A DNA stretch of 14,035 bases from Octopus sinensis. Its lineage: Eukaryota. Under the pieces are notes generated by a model. The model saw nothing but the letters and a program-made list of their open reading frames with translations, had not been told where the DNA came from and did not search any database. The DNA lies in assembly GCF_006345805.1 (NCBI RefSeq), contig NW_021825637.1, positions 1 to 14,035 on the forward strand, written 5' to 3'. Both the position numbers and the translations under genes were made by a program. Position 1 is the stretch's first letter. The number at the start of each line of letters is the position of its first letter. This document shows, piece after piece, positions 1 to 8,151 of this stretch.

Positions 1-178
1 GGCCACTTAACTCAACGTTTTTTTTTTCATTTTCTCTCTATTTATTTTCTCTTATTCCTTTCTGTTGAAGAGCATAGGCTCGAAACATAACAGCCTTTCA
101 TTTTTCCCAAGTGTCAAACTAATACACTTGCTTGCTGTTCCTACACCTGTCTTTGTCTGTTTTTTTTTATAAATTTGA

Positions 179-180
<2 letters not shown>
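1..180 (+). mobile_element. Probable 3' end / pLTR-like remnant of a Penelope-like or related element with a degenerate hammerhead-like motif; left end lies outside the window
   Basis: CTGTTGA-A-GAGC(atag)GCTC-GAAAC at 62-86 has the hammerhead layout seen at Penelope ends. A T-rich tail follows and ends at a (CA)n tract. The class assignment is inference. Confidence 0.4.
58..93 (+). ncRNA. Degenerate minimal type I hammerhead-like motif, probably inactive
   Basis: Stem I CTTT 58-61 / ACAG 90-93 (3 of 4 pairs); core CUGUUGA 62-68 (A6 replaced by U); extra A69; stem II GAGC 70-73 / GCTC 78-81; GAAA 82-85; ACAT 85-88 where palindromic ACGT is expected; H17 = A89. Confidence 0.4.

Positions 181-182
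<2 letters not shown>

Positions 183-216
<34 letters not shown>
183..216. repeat. (CA)n microsatellite
   Basis: Perfect dinucleotide run. Confidence 0.97.
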
Positions 217-220
<4 letters not shown>

Positions 221-450
221 TGTATGTGTCATTGTGACTGTGTTTGTCTCCTATAATCATCGCTTGACAACGGGTATTGATATATTTACGACCCCGTAAC
301 TTTGCGGTTCGGCATAAAAGAACGATAAAATAAGTGCTAGGCTTTACGAAAATATGTCCAGGTGCCGGTTTGTTCGATTAGAAAACACTTCAAGGCGGTG
401 CTCCAGCATAGCCGCAGACAAATGACTGAAACAAGTAAAAGAATAAAAAA
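217..450 (+). mobile_element. SINE family A, 3' half
   Basis: Colinear with about 6760-6977 of the intact copy (cttgacaac..ccccgtaactt.gcggttcggca...aaggcggtgctccagcat...tgaaacaa.taaaaga). Confidence 0.85.
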
Positions 451-466
451 TGTCCAAACGTGTGGA

Positions 467-768
467 CTGCTCCCACCCCATACAATTCCCCATACTGCCC
501 TCACCCCATACAATTCCCCATACTGCTCTCACCCCATACAATTCCCCATACTGCCCTCACCCCATACAATTCCCCATACTGCCCTCACCCCATACAATTC
601 CCCATACTGCCCTCACCCCATACAATTCCCCATACTGCCCTCACCCCATACAATTCCCCATACTGCCCTCACCCCATACAATTCCCCATACTGCTCCCAC
701 CCCATACAATTCCCCATACTGCCCTCACCTCATACAATTCATCATACTTCCCCCACCTCATACAATTC
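467..768. repeat. 28-bp minisatellite, about 10.8 copies (CTGCCCTCACCCCATACAATTCCCCATA)
   Basis: Units start at 467, 495, 523, 551, 579, 607, 635, 663, 691, 719 and 747. There are no spacers and the last two units are degenerate. Confidence 0.97.
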
Positions 769-792
769 GTCAATGCTTATCTTAGTATAGAG

Positions 793-938
793 CAGACCTA
801 TGCAACCTTTTTTAAGAAACGGGCCGCCAGAGACATGACTCATCGTCAGGCGGGCCGCATTACTGAAAAAATTGAAGGTAATTTTCGGTTGAGCATGCCA
901 CTGAGAATGTTCCTCGTGTCGCAGTTTGCCCATGACTG
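793..938. mobile_element. Non-autonomous hAT (Charlie/Buster-like) MITE, 146 bp
   Basis: Imperfect TIRs: CAGACCTATGCAACCT at the left end, and CAGTCATGGGCAAACT read on the - strand at the right end. The 8-bp TSD is GTATAGAG (785-792) / GTGTAGAG (939-946), 7/8 identical with central TA. Subterminal GGGCCGC repeats are present. Confidence 0.8.
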
Positions 939-991
939 GTGTAGAGTAAGGTCCTTAGGGGAGGTAGAAACATGTTATGATTGTCAATGCA

Positions 992-1164
992 GGCGCAAGC
1001 GTGGTTGTGTGGTAAGAAACTTGCTTCCCAACCACATGGTTCCAAGTTCAGCCCCAATGAGTAGTACCTTGGACAAGTGTCTTCTGCTATAGCTCGGGCT
1101 ATAGTAGAAGACACTTGCGAGTGTATTTGGTAGAAGAAAACTGAAAGAAGCCTGTCGTATATAT
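992..1164 (+). mobile_element. SINE family A, 5' half (tRNA-derived head plus central domain)
   Basis: Colinear with 6563-6735; degenerate A box (tggttgtgtgg) and B box (agttcagccc); ends in TATATAT. Confidence 0.88.
1074..1117. repeat. 20-bp inverted repeat (19/20 match, 4-nt loop) inside the SINE A copy
   Basis: CAAGTGTCTTCTGCTATAGC-TCGG-GCTATAGTAGAAGACACTTG. Confidence 0.95.
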
Positions 1165-1466
1165 GCGGAGTCAGCGACGGTTTGTCGCTAGAGAAAGCAT
1201 ATGGTATTTTGCGAACGGAATGAGTTTTCACCACTAGCTGGTGATTATCACACACTGAAGATGGGTAACTACCCAGAAACCCGGATCTGTGTGTATCCCG
1301 TAAGGCTAGAGATGGAAGCGATGACCTCCCCATGCAAATTCTAATCGGACACAGTGTGTTGTTAGCCAGCTGGAGGAGATGTCTTCCTGGGACTAAAAAC
1401 AACAGTAATATCATCCTCTATGGGACCGCTACATTTAGTTGGCAAATACATTTTACGATTATGCTC
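1165..1466 (+). mobile_element. ~300-bp hammerhead-bearing insert (Penelope pLTR-like or retrozyme-like) nested in the microsatellite of a SINE A copy
   Basis: Lies between the SINE A 5' half (992-1164) and the TA/TG tract plus 3' half (1467-1816). It is absent from the intact copy at 6563-6977. It contains the hammerhead motif and hairpins at 1173-1189 and 1228-1244. Confidence 0.55.
1249..1293 (+). ncRNA. Type I hammerhead ribozyme motif (minimal, palindromic stem III)
   Basis: Stem I CACACA 1249-1254 / TGTGTG 1288-1293; core CTGAAGA 1255-1261; stem II TGGGT 1262-1266 / ACCCA 1271-1275 with loop AACT; GAAA 1276-1279; stem III region ACCCGGAT (one change from the palindrome ACCCGGGT); UH = TC 1286-1287, predicted cleavage after 1287. 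Confidence 0.75.
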
Positions 1467-1569
1467 ATAATATATATAATATATATAAGTTATATTCTGT
1501 ATGTATGTATATTATATATAATATATAATATCTATATATATGTATGTTGTATGTATATAATATTATATA

Positions 1570-1614
<45 letters not shown>

Positions 1615-1678
1615 TGTATGTGTGTGTCGTGTGTGTGTGTGTACGTATGTATGTATATATGAAATAGTTGTGTGTGTA
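1467..1678. repeat. Compound (TA)n/(TG)n microsatellite (expanded internal tract of SINE A)
   Basis: Direct inspection. Confidence 0.93.
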
Positions 1679-1816
1679 TCTTTGTTTCCGCCTCCGCCAT
1701 CGCTTGACAAGCGATGCTGGTTTGTTTATAGCCCCGTAACTTAGCGTTTCAGCAAAAGCAACCGATAGAATAAGTACTAGGCTGCCAAAGAATATGTCCT
1801 GGGATCGATTTCTTCG
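1679..1816 (+). mobile_element. SINE family A, 3' half, truncated by a SINE B cluster
   Basis: catcgcttgacaagcgatgctgg...ccccgtaacttagcg...gatagaataagtactagg matches about 6775-6910. Confidence 0.85.
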
Positions 1817-2400
1817 AGGAGACAAACAAGGACAGACAAACGGATTAAGTCAATTATATCAACCCCAGTGCGTAACTAGTACTTATTTAATCGACCCCGA
1901 AAGGATGAAAGGCAAAGTCGACCTCGGCGGAATTTGAACTCAGAACGTGGCGGCAGACGAAATACCTATTTTTTTACTACCCACAAGGGGCTAAACACAG
2001 AGGGGACAAACAAGGACAGACAAACGGATTAAGTCGATTATATCGAATCCAGTGCGTAACTGGTACTTATTTAATCGACCTCGAAAGGATGAAAAGCAAA
2101 GTCGACCTCGGCGGAATTTGAACTCAGAACGTAGCGGCAGACGAAATACCGCTAAGCATTTCGCCCGGCGTGTTAACATTTCTTATTTCTTTATTGCCCA
2201 CAAGGGACTAAACAAAGAGGGGACAAACAGATTAAGTCGATTACATCGAAATCAGTGTTTCACTGGTACTTAATTTATCAATCCCGAAAGGATGAAAGGT
2301 GAAGTGAACCTCGGTGGAGTTTGAACTCAGAACGTAAAGACAGACGAAATATTACTAAGCATTTCGCCCGGCGTGCTAACGTTTCTGCCAGCTCACTGCC
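1817..2400 (-). mobile_element. SINE family B, head-to-tail trimer (about 1817-1965, 1966-2183, 2184-2400)
   Basis: Three colinear copies. The B box GAGTTCAAA(T/C)TCC is on the - strand in each; a complete tRNA-like head with A box (TGGCAGAAACGTTAG) is only at the 2400 end. Confidence 0.93.
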
Positions 2401-2574
2401 CTAAGGTAACTATATATTATCATAGTTTGAAATGCAGCTCTAGGGTGATTTAAGCTACCAGGAAAACATGCTGGGAAGAAAGAACTGCAGTACTTTTAGT
2501 AACTTCACTCCATCCATCCACTTCTACTAGAATATTCAAACAATAATGGGTCATAGGGGAAGCCTGTCTGCAGG

Positions 2575-2765
2575 CTGTCAGCATGCTAGATCTAGCAGCC
2601 AAAATTCCTTATAATACATTCTAACGTCTTGTACGAAAAAAAAAAAGATAATGAAACCATCGACATAAAAATGCAAAAAAAAATAATAAACTGGGTTATC
2701 CAATGCTGTAACATCTTTGATCTGTTCGAGTAAGACTAACCTAGGGTTAAATAAAAACAAAGAAA
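2575..2765 (-). mobile_element. Unclassified interspersed repeat family C, decayed copy
   Basis: The reverse complement of about 2705-2760 matches 5684-5730; the reverse complement of 2579-2608 matches the ttggctgctatttctagc motif at about 5950-5972. Confidence 0.55.
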
Positions 2766-3082
2766 ATAACAGCAGTTAAATATAAACAACAATAATGCCA
2801 ACAGCAGTAGCATAAAAAAAAAACTATATCAGTCAATATCTGAAACGATCTCTTAGGACAATGTTACGAACGTAACATTGCCAAAACTGTATCCCCTTCG
2901 GGGCAGGAAATACTTCAGTCTTGATCAGATGCTGTGTCGATATAAAGCTAAAGGGCGACCTCATTAGGACCACCACATCGATATCGCCGTCTGGCAGGGC
3001 CTATAAGAGCCATAAGCACTTTCCCATCTGTGACTAATTAATTAAAAAATAAAATATCAGCTTCAACGTATTTAGCCACGGG

Positions 3083-3199
3083 CAACAAAAGCACCAACGG
3101 GAACACCGCCATTACCCGTACAACAATTACTAACACTAGACTAACAATGACACCAACAACAATTACAACTGTAACACCAACTGCAATACCACAAGTAAT

Positions 3200-3233
<34 letters not shown>

Positions 3234-3573
3234 CCAACAACAACAACACTGCTGCGGCTGCTGCCAACATCATCACCACCAACTAGAACAAGAATAGTAA
3301 CAACAATACCATTGAGCCCAACATCACTACAACAACCAACAACAATAACAACATCAGCACCAGTGCCACCATTATCTGCATCAACAACAACAACAACGTC
3401 GACATCATCATCACTAACAGCAAAAACATCATTGTCATCACCACAACCGACAACAACGACAATATTAATAACACCAATACCAACACCAACACCTCCAATA
3501 ACAACAACCACAATAACACCCACAGCACAACTACCACCACCACCACTACCACTACTACTTTCATCACCAACAA
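3083..3573. repeat. Cryptic (AAC/ACC/ATC)n low-complexity tract
   Basis: Degenerate triplet periodicity that accounts for the Thr/Pro-rich and Val/Gly-rich ORFs on both strands. Confidence 0.85.
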
Positions 3574-3576
3574 CAG

Positions 3577-3738
3577 CCGTTCAAGAATTTGGACCTGGAG
3601 ATCTCCATTTCCAGCGACTTCGAGGGCCACCTCCCAGTGGTGTCGAGCGTCAACGAAGAGCCCTCGACTACAAGACGACCAAAGTTTTTTTCCCAAGATC
3701 TGGGGTCTCCCGTCTCTAAGCCCGAGACCATCACCTAA
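3577..3738 (+). CDS. Candidate terminal coding exon of an unidentified gene (PFKNLDLEISISSDFEGHLPVVSSVNEEPSTTRRPKFFSQDLGSPVSKPETIT*)
   Basis: 39 of 54 codons over 3574-3735 end in G/C in an AT-rich background. Possible acceptor AACAG at 3572-3576; stop TAA at 3736-3738. This frame is not in the ORF track and I recognise no homology. Confidence 0.35.
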   Translation, partial: PFKNLDLEISISSDFEGHLPVVSSVNEEPSTTRRPKFFSQDLGSPVSKPETIT

Positions 3739-4412
3739 TCACCCTTATCCGTCTTGTTGCTTAACAACAACAACAACAACAACAAATCGCCAACAACAAT
3801 ACCAAAGCCAAATCAACAATGAAGTTTGCCGCAAGTTTTTGAGTCAGGTTTTTGGTTTGTGGGTAACTCACACATTTCTTACCAAGAAATTCAGAAGACC
3901 CCGATAAAATAGAGAGCCACGAATGCCGCCAGTCTCTCCTTGACAAAACGGTAAAAAAATCAAACCGTTTCTGATGCTCTTTATAGCCCTTTATAATCTT
4001 TTATACCACGATTTTCCTCAGTCCACTTCGGCCCTTGAAAGTTTTTTTCTGTCATTATTGATCATGGCTGCCTGTATTCGGTTCTTTCAGCTCATTGATT
4101 TAGTTTTCATTTCCTCGTGTTTATTTTTCTCTATCGAGTTTCTTTTTCTAATTTATTTTATGTGATTTCAGTATTTTTAATCTTTTGCATATTATAAATC
4201 CGTTTTTCTGTACTGTCCCGTTCCTCCACTCTCACACCATTCTCTTTTTATTGATGCTCTTCAGTGTTTTTAAGCTTCTTACCAACCCTTTCCGTCTGTG
4301 TCTATTCCTGTTTCAATCTATTCGTTCCTGGAAATGACTTGAAAACATTAAATTTCTAAAGTAAACACTTTCAAGATGGGCGACGATGAACTAAAAAATA
4401 TGATAAACAACA

Positions 4413-4628
4413 CTTTTTTTTTTCGTGCTTGTTTCAGTCATTGAACTGCAACCATTACTAGGGAACTGTTTTCAAGGGGTTAATCGAACAAATTGACCCC
4501 TGTACTTATTTTGTTTTTTCAAGTCTGCTAATCATTGTATCGAATTCTACTGCTGAACTGCTAAGTGATGGGGACCTAAACAAACCAACACCGGCTGTCA
4601 AGAGGTGGTGAGGTACAAGCACAAACAC
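4413..4628 (-). mobile_element. SINE family A, 3' half (diverged)
   Basis: The reverse complement reads cttgacagccggtgttggtttgtttaggtccccatcacttagcagttc...ggggtcaatttgttcga...aatgactgaaacaag, matching the 3' half. Confidence 0.8.
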
Positions 4629-4762
4629 ACATACATACACACACACACACACACACACGCATATATATAACGCATGCATTATGTATATGCATAGGGCGTA
4701 TGTACATATGTACATATGTATATATGCATATATATATGTATGTATATTTGTGTGCGCGCGCG
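4629..4762. repeat. Compound CA/TA/TG microsatellite
   Basis: Direct inspection. Confidence 0.9.
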
Positions 4763-4947
4763 TCTCGACAAACACATGTGACGACAATAGATGTAGACCT
4801 CAATATTGTTGGGAATAGGGGAGTATATTTATTAAATGATAGTTATGGAGACTTACATTCAGGACTTTAAGTTTCTGTATCAACAACCTGATGATCGTTC
4901 CACTTCCTTACCTTGTAATAAACCCGGTGTGCACAGCACCATCGATC

Positions 4948-4966
4948 ATATATTATATATATATAT

Positions 4967-5018
<52 letters not shown>

Positions 5019-5208
5019 TAATACATACATACATGCATGCATCATACATACATACATACATACATACATACATACATACATACATACATACATACATACA
5101 TGTATTGTGTGCTGCAAATGACAGTAACAAGTAAAGGATAAAATTCTATACATATATATATAATATATCTATATATATATATATATATATAATATATAAT
5201 ATATATAT
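4948..5208. repeat. (TA)n and (TACA)n microsatellites with a ~50-bp non-repetitive interruption (about 5101-5148)
   Basis: Direct inspection. Confidence 0.92.
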
Positions 5209-5368
5209 AGTGGGCTTCCATACAGTGTCTGTATAAACAATTCGTTCTAAAAGCATTGGTTCGAGACGGGGAGGGTATTAGTAGAAGACACTTGCCTAAG
5301 ACACTGCACAGTGGGATTGAACCCGAGGCTAAGTGTTTACAGACCGAGTTTCTTAACCACAATAAACC
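5204..5368 (-). mobile_element. SINE family A, 5' half (diverged)
   Basis: The reverse complement reads tgtggttaagaaact...gggttcaatcccactg...ggcaagtgtcttctacta...gaagccc, including a B box. Confidence 0.8.
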
Positions 5369-5679
5369 AAAGATGTGTTGGCAGGAGAAAAAAATAACAT
5401 GTCCCAACATTAAAATCACAGGGAAAATAGGAAATTAGAATAATGAAAGATTTCCTAAGCAAAAAAAAATAACCCAAATGACAGAGAAAACTGTACGACA
5501 CGGACTGAAGAAGATAGGGAAGAGCTTCTAAAGATATTCAAGGACTGTTAATGAGGTGTCTTCATTAAAAGAAAAAAATTAAAAGAAGTTATATAGAAAG
5601 CAACTGAAAGATGTGTTTTCCTTTTGAAATTGGATAGCTATATGTTTTTGCTGTTATTATTGTGGTGATGGTTCTTGCT

Positions 5680-5998
5680 GCTGTTTAGTTCTAGGTTACC
5701 TTTGATAAAGCAGTTCTATGATCAAAGTTGTTCCACCCGTGACCAAATTACGGCATATTTTTCTGGACACAGACTGTTGAGATCTACATTGTTCAAACCT
5801 CGTATTCTTTTTTTTTCAAGAATGCAGAGCGTGAAATGAAATGAGATTTAGCATCTATTTCTAGCAGGTCGAGTGGTCTTTAAAGAGTACTTAAAACTCT
5901 ATAATTCAGTATCACATCCCTTTCAAAATACAAGTCGTTGAATGAAGTGAAATTTGGCTGCTATTTCTAGCTGGTCGAGCGACCTTATAGAAGCCCTT
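5680..5998 (+). mobile_element. Unclassified repeat family C with its terminal motif present twice (5843-5873 and 5949-5979)
   Basis: Similar segments recur at about 8072-8132, 11870-11928, and inverted at 12988-13022 and 2575-2765. Confidence 0.55.
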
Positions 5999-6121
5999 CC
6001 TTAACCCGTTTCTGTTGCATGTTTTAATTTTGACATATTTTAAGGCGGTAGAACAAACATGCCAGCTGATTGGATACCTGTCACCGGCATCTTGGAGTCT
6101 GTGGAGTTCTCTCTATTGTAT

Positions 6122-6400
6122 ATATCCATCCATCCCATTTCTCCACTCACTATTCCTGGGAGGGCCGTGTATTTTGAATCCTTCCCCAGGCACTTGTTAT
6201 CAGAAGCAATAGTTATTACCCTTTCCGGCTGGATTCCCTAACGTTAACCAACTGTGACTATACTTATTATTCAACCATCTCGTTCTTGGTCCACCCTCTA
6301 GGTCTCCTGCTGGTTGACCCGGCTTGAAGAATCCGTCTAGCAAAATTCTTTGCTGTGACGTTCTAATCATTTGCTCATAGTACCAAAGTTCCCTCAAGAA
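6122..6400 (-). mobile_element. 3' end of an RTE-clade LINE (decayed ORF C-terminus plus (GGAT)n tail)
   Basis: With a 1-nt frameshift the - strand gives ARRILQAGSTSRRPRG/GPRTRWLNN, matching the RTE C-terminal RPRGRPRxRW motif. It ends in GGATGGATGGAT at about 6124-6136. Confidence 0.75.
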
Positions 6401-6562
6401 TTCAAATTAGAAGCCACATTTTCTTCCTTACCCGTGTCTTTTCTATAAACATAGACCTACAGATATTTAGGTTTCAAGCCAATCTTACCAGCCGGGTGTT
6501 GAGTGCTAACACTCCTCTCTATCTTGTGTAAAACATAAAGTGTTAGAAAGCGAGTGTATATA

Positions 6563-6977
6563 GGCGTAGGAGCGGCTGCGTGGTAGGTAGCTTGCTTACC
6601 AACCACATGGTTCCGGGTTCAGTCCCACTGCGTGGCACCTTGGGCAAGTGTCTTCTACTATAGCTTCGGGCCGACCAAAGCCTTGTGAGTGGATTTGGTA
6701 GACGGAAACTGAAAGAAGCCCGTCGTATATATATATATATATGTGTGTGCGTGTGTGTATGTTTGTGTGTCTGTGTTTGCCCCCCCCCCCCAACATCACT
6801 TGACAACCGATGCTGGTGTGTTTACGTCCCCGTAACTTAGCGGTTCGGCAAAAGAGACCGATAGAATAAGTATTAGGCTTACAAAGAATAAGTCCTGGGG
6901 TCGAGTTGCTCGACTAAAGGCGGTGCTCCAGCATGGCTACAGTCAAAATGAATGAAACAATTAAAAGAGTAAAAGAG
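6563..6977 (+). mobile_element. SINE family A, intact copy with short internal (TA)n(TG)n tract
   Basis: A box-like CGGCTGCGTGG 6573-6583; B box GGTTCAGTCC 6616-6625; microsatellite about 6727-6775; tail AAAAGAGTAAAAGAG. Confidence 0.92.
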
Positions 6978-7189
6978 CAAGAGAGCCAGAGAAGCTTGAA
7001 AACGCCTACTTTTAATTTATTGATATTTCAATAAACAAATTTATTTCTGTACTCGTGTAACTTGGATAAGAGACAGTGAAAATATTTAGTTTAGGTCGTT
7101 AGGTTTTATATACGCATTAATAAAAAGCACATTATGGTAACATCGGTACATTAGAAAACTATGCACTCATATACGCATCAACTTTTATA

Positions 7190-7334
7190 ACTGTATACAT
7201 ATACGTGTGTTTGAGTGGGTTTGGGTGTGTGTACATACATATACATACATACATACATATATACATACATATATATGATTGTGCGTGTATATGTATACAT
7301 ATACACACAGACACACATACATATATATAAATGC

Positions 7335-7368
<34 letters not shown>

Positions 7369-7537
7369 GTATGTATGTATATGCATGCTCCAAATATACA
7401 CACTATGTCATGAGTCCACAAATAAATACATCCACATATACTTACTTGCATACATAAATATACATACATAGTACATATATAAACACACATATTTACACAC
7501 ACACACACAGACACACACGATACACACACACACACAC

Positions 7538-7614
<77 letters not shown>

Positions 7615-7692
7615 CGTACGTACGTACGTATGTATGTATGTATGTATGTATGTATGTATGTATGTATGTATGTATGTATGTATGTATGTGCT
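7190..7692. repeat. Long compound microsatellite (TACA, TA, CA, GA, TATG, TACG)
   Basis: Direct inspection. Confidence 0.95.
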
Positions 7693-8071
7693 TGTTAGTG
7701 TGTGTAGTCGTGTACGTCTGATCACATGTTATATAACGATGCTCAGATTTCTGTTTTTTATTAGTTTCCTCTGATATTCTGTCTGTATTCTGATTGATTT
7801 TATTTGGAGAAAAAAAAATTCATCTGATATATCAGAATAGGAATAGGAATACCATTAGTTTATAGCAGTAACATTGAAATAACGAACACAATATCAGGAG
7901 TAGGGGGGGGGGGAGAGGAGGAGCTTACGTTAAACCTCTCAATATAACGCCCAGAGGAGATCGTGAATATTTTCCAGACTTGAGATATTTGATTCCTTTT
8001 GTTTTTCATCAAGTTATATGGTAGCATAAGAAATATATTTGTATTGGTGTCTGATGTATTTAGGCATTTTT

Positions 8072-8132
8072 CGCCTCAAGTCAACTCTAATCGTGCTGAT
8101 CTTTTATCAAAGGCGTTCCAACTTAGACCATG
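8072..8132 (+). mobile_element. Family C fragment
   Basis: gcctcaagtcaactctaatcgtgctgatcttttatcaaaggcgttcc aligns loosely with 5685-5745. Confidence 0.4.
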
Positions 8133-8151
8133 CTGTATGGTGTAGTGTGAA

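Noticed and set aside
467-768. 28-bp repeat as a CRISPR array, and ORFs 344-541, 362-790, 450-785 and 460-1092 as genes
   Set aside because: The units are contiguous with no spacers, there are no cas genes and the context is eukaryotic. The peptides simply repeat every 28 aa because 3 x 28 nt restores the frame.
860-1414. 184-aa - strand ORF
   Set aside because: It crosses a MITE, a SINE half and the hammerhead insert, so it is a chimera of unrelated elements.
3147-3719. 190-aa Thr/Pro-rich mucin-like ORF
   Set aside because: An ACA/CCA-phase reading of a degenerate triplet repeat rarely meets stop codons, so its length is expected by chance. There is no signal peptide, and the codon bias at 3574-3738 favours a different frame.
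3887-3950. Possible 64-nt exon (NSEDPDKIESHECRQSLLDKT) with AG acceptor at 3885-3886 and GTAAAA donor at 3951
   Set aside because: The splice signals are plausible but common. I recognise no homology, and it conflicts with 3577-3738 being a terminal exon.
4888-4894. CTGATGA hammerhead core heptamer
   Set aside because: No stem II or GAAA follows.
5478-5531. MTEKTVRHGLKKIGKSF, reminiscent of a Tc1-like HTH segment
   Set aside because: Only 17 aa, with no DDE region or TIRs visible.
6543-6806. ORFs 6543-6806 and 6596-6799
   Set aside because: Antisense translations of the intact SINE A.
7823-7836. 14-bp palindrome TCTGATATATCAGA
   Set aside because: Short and AT-rich; expected by chance in 14 kb.
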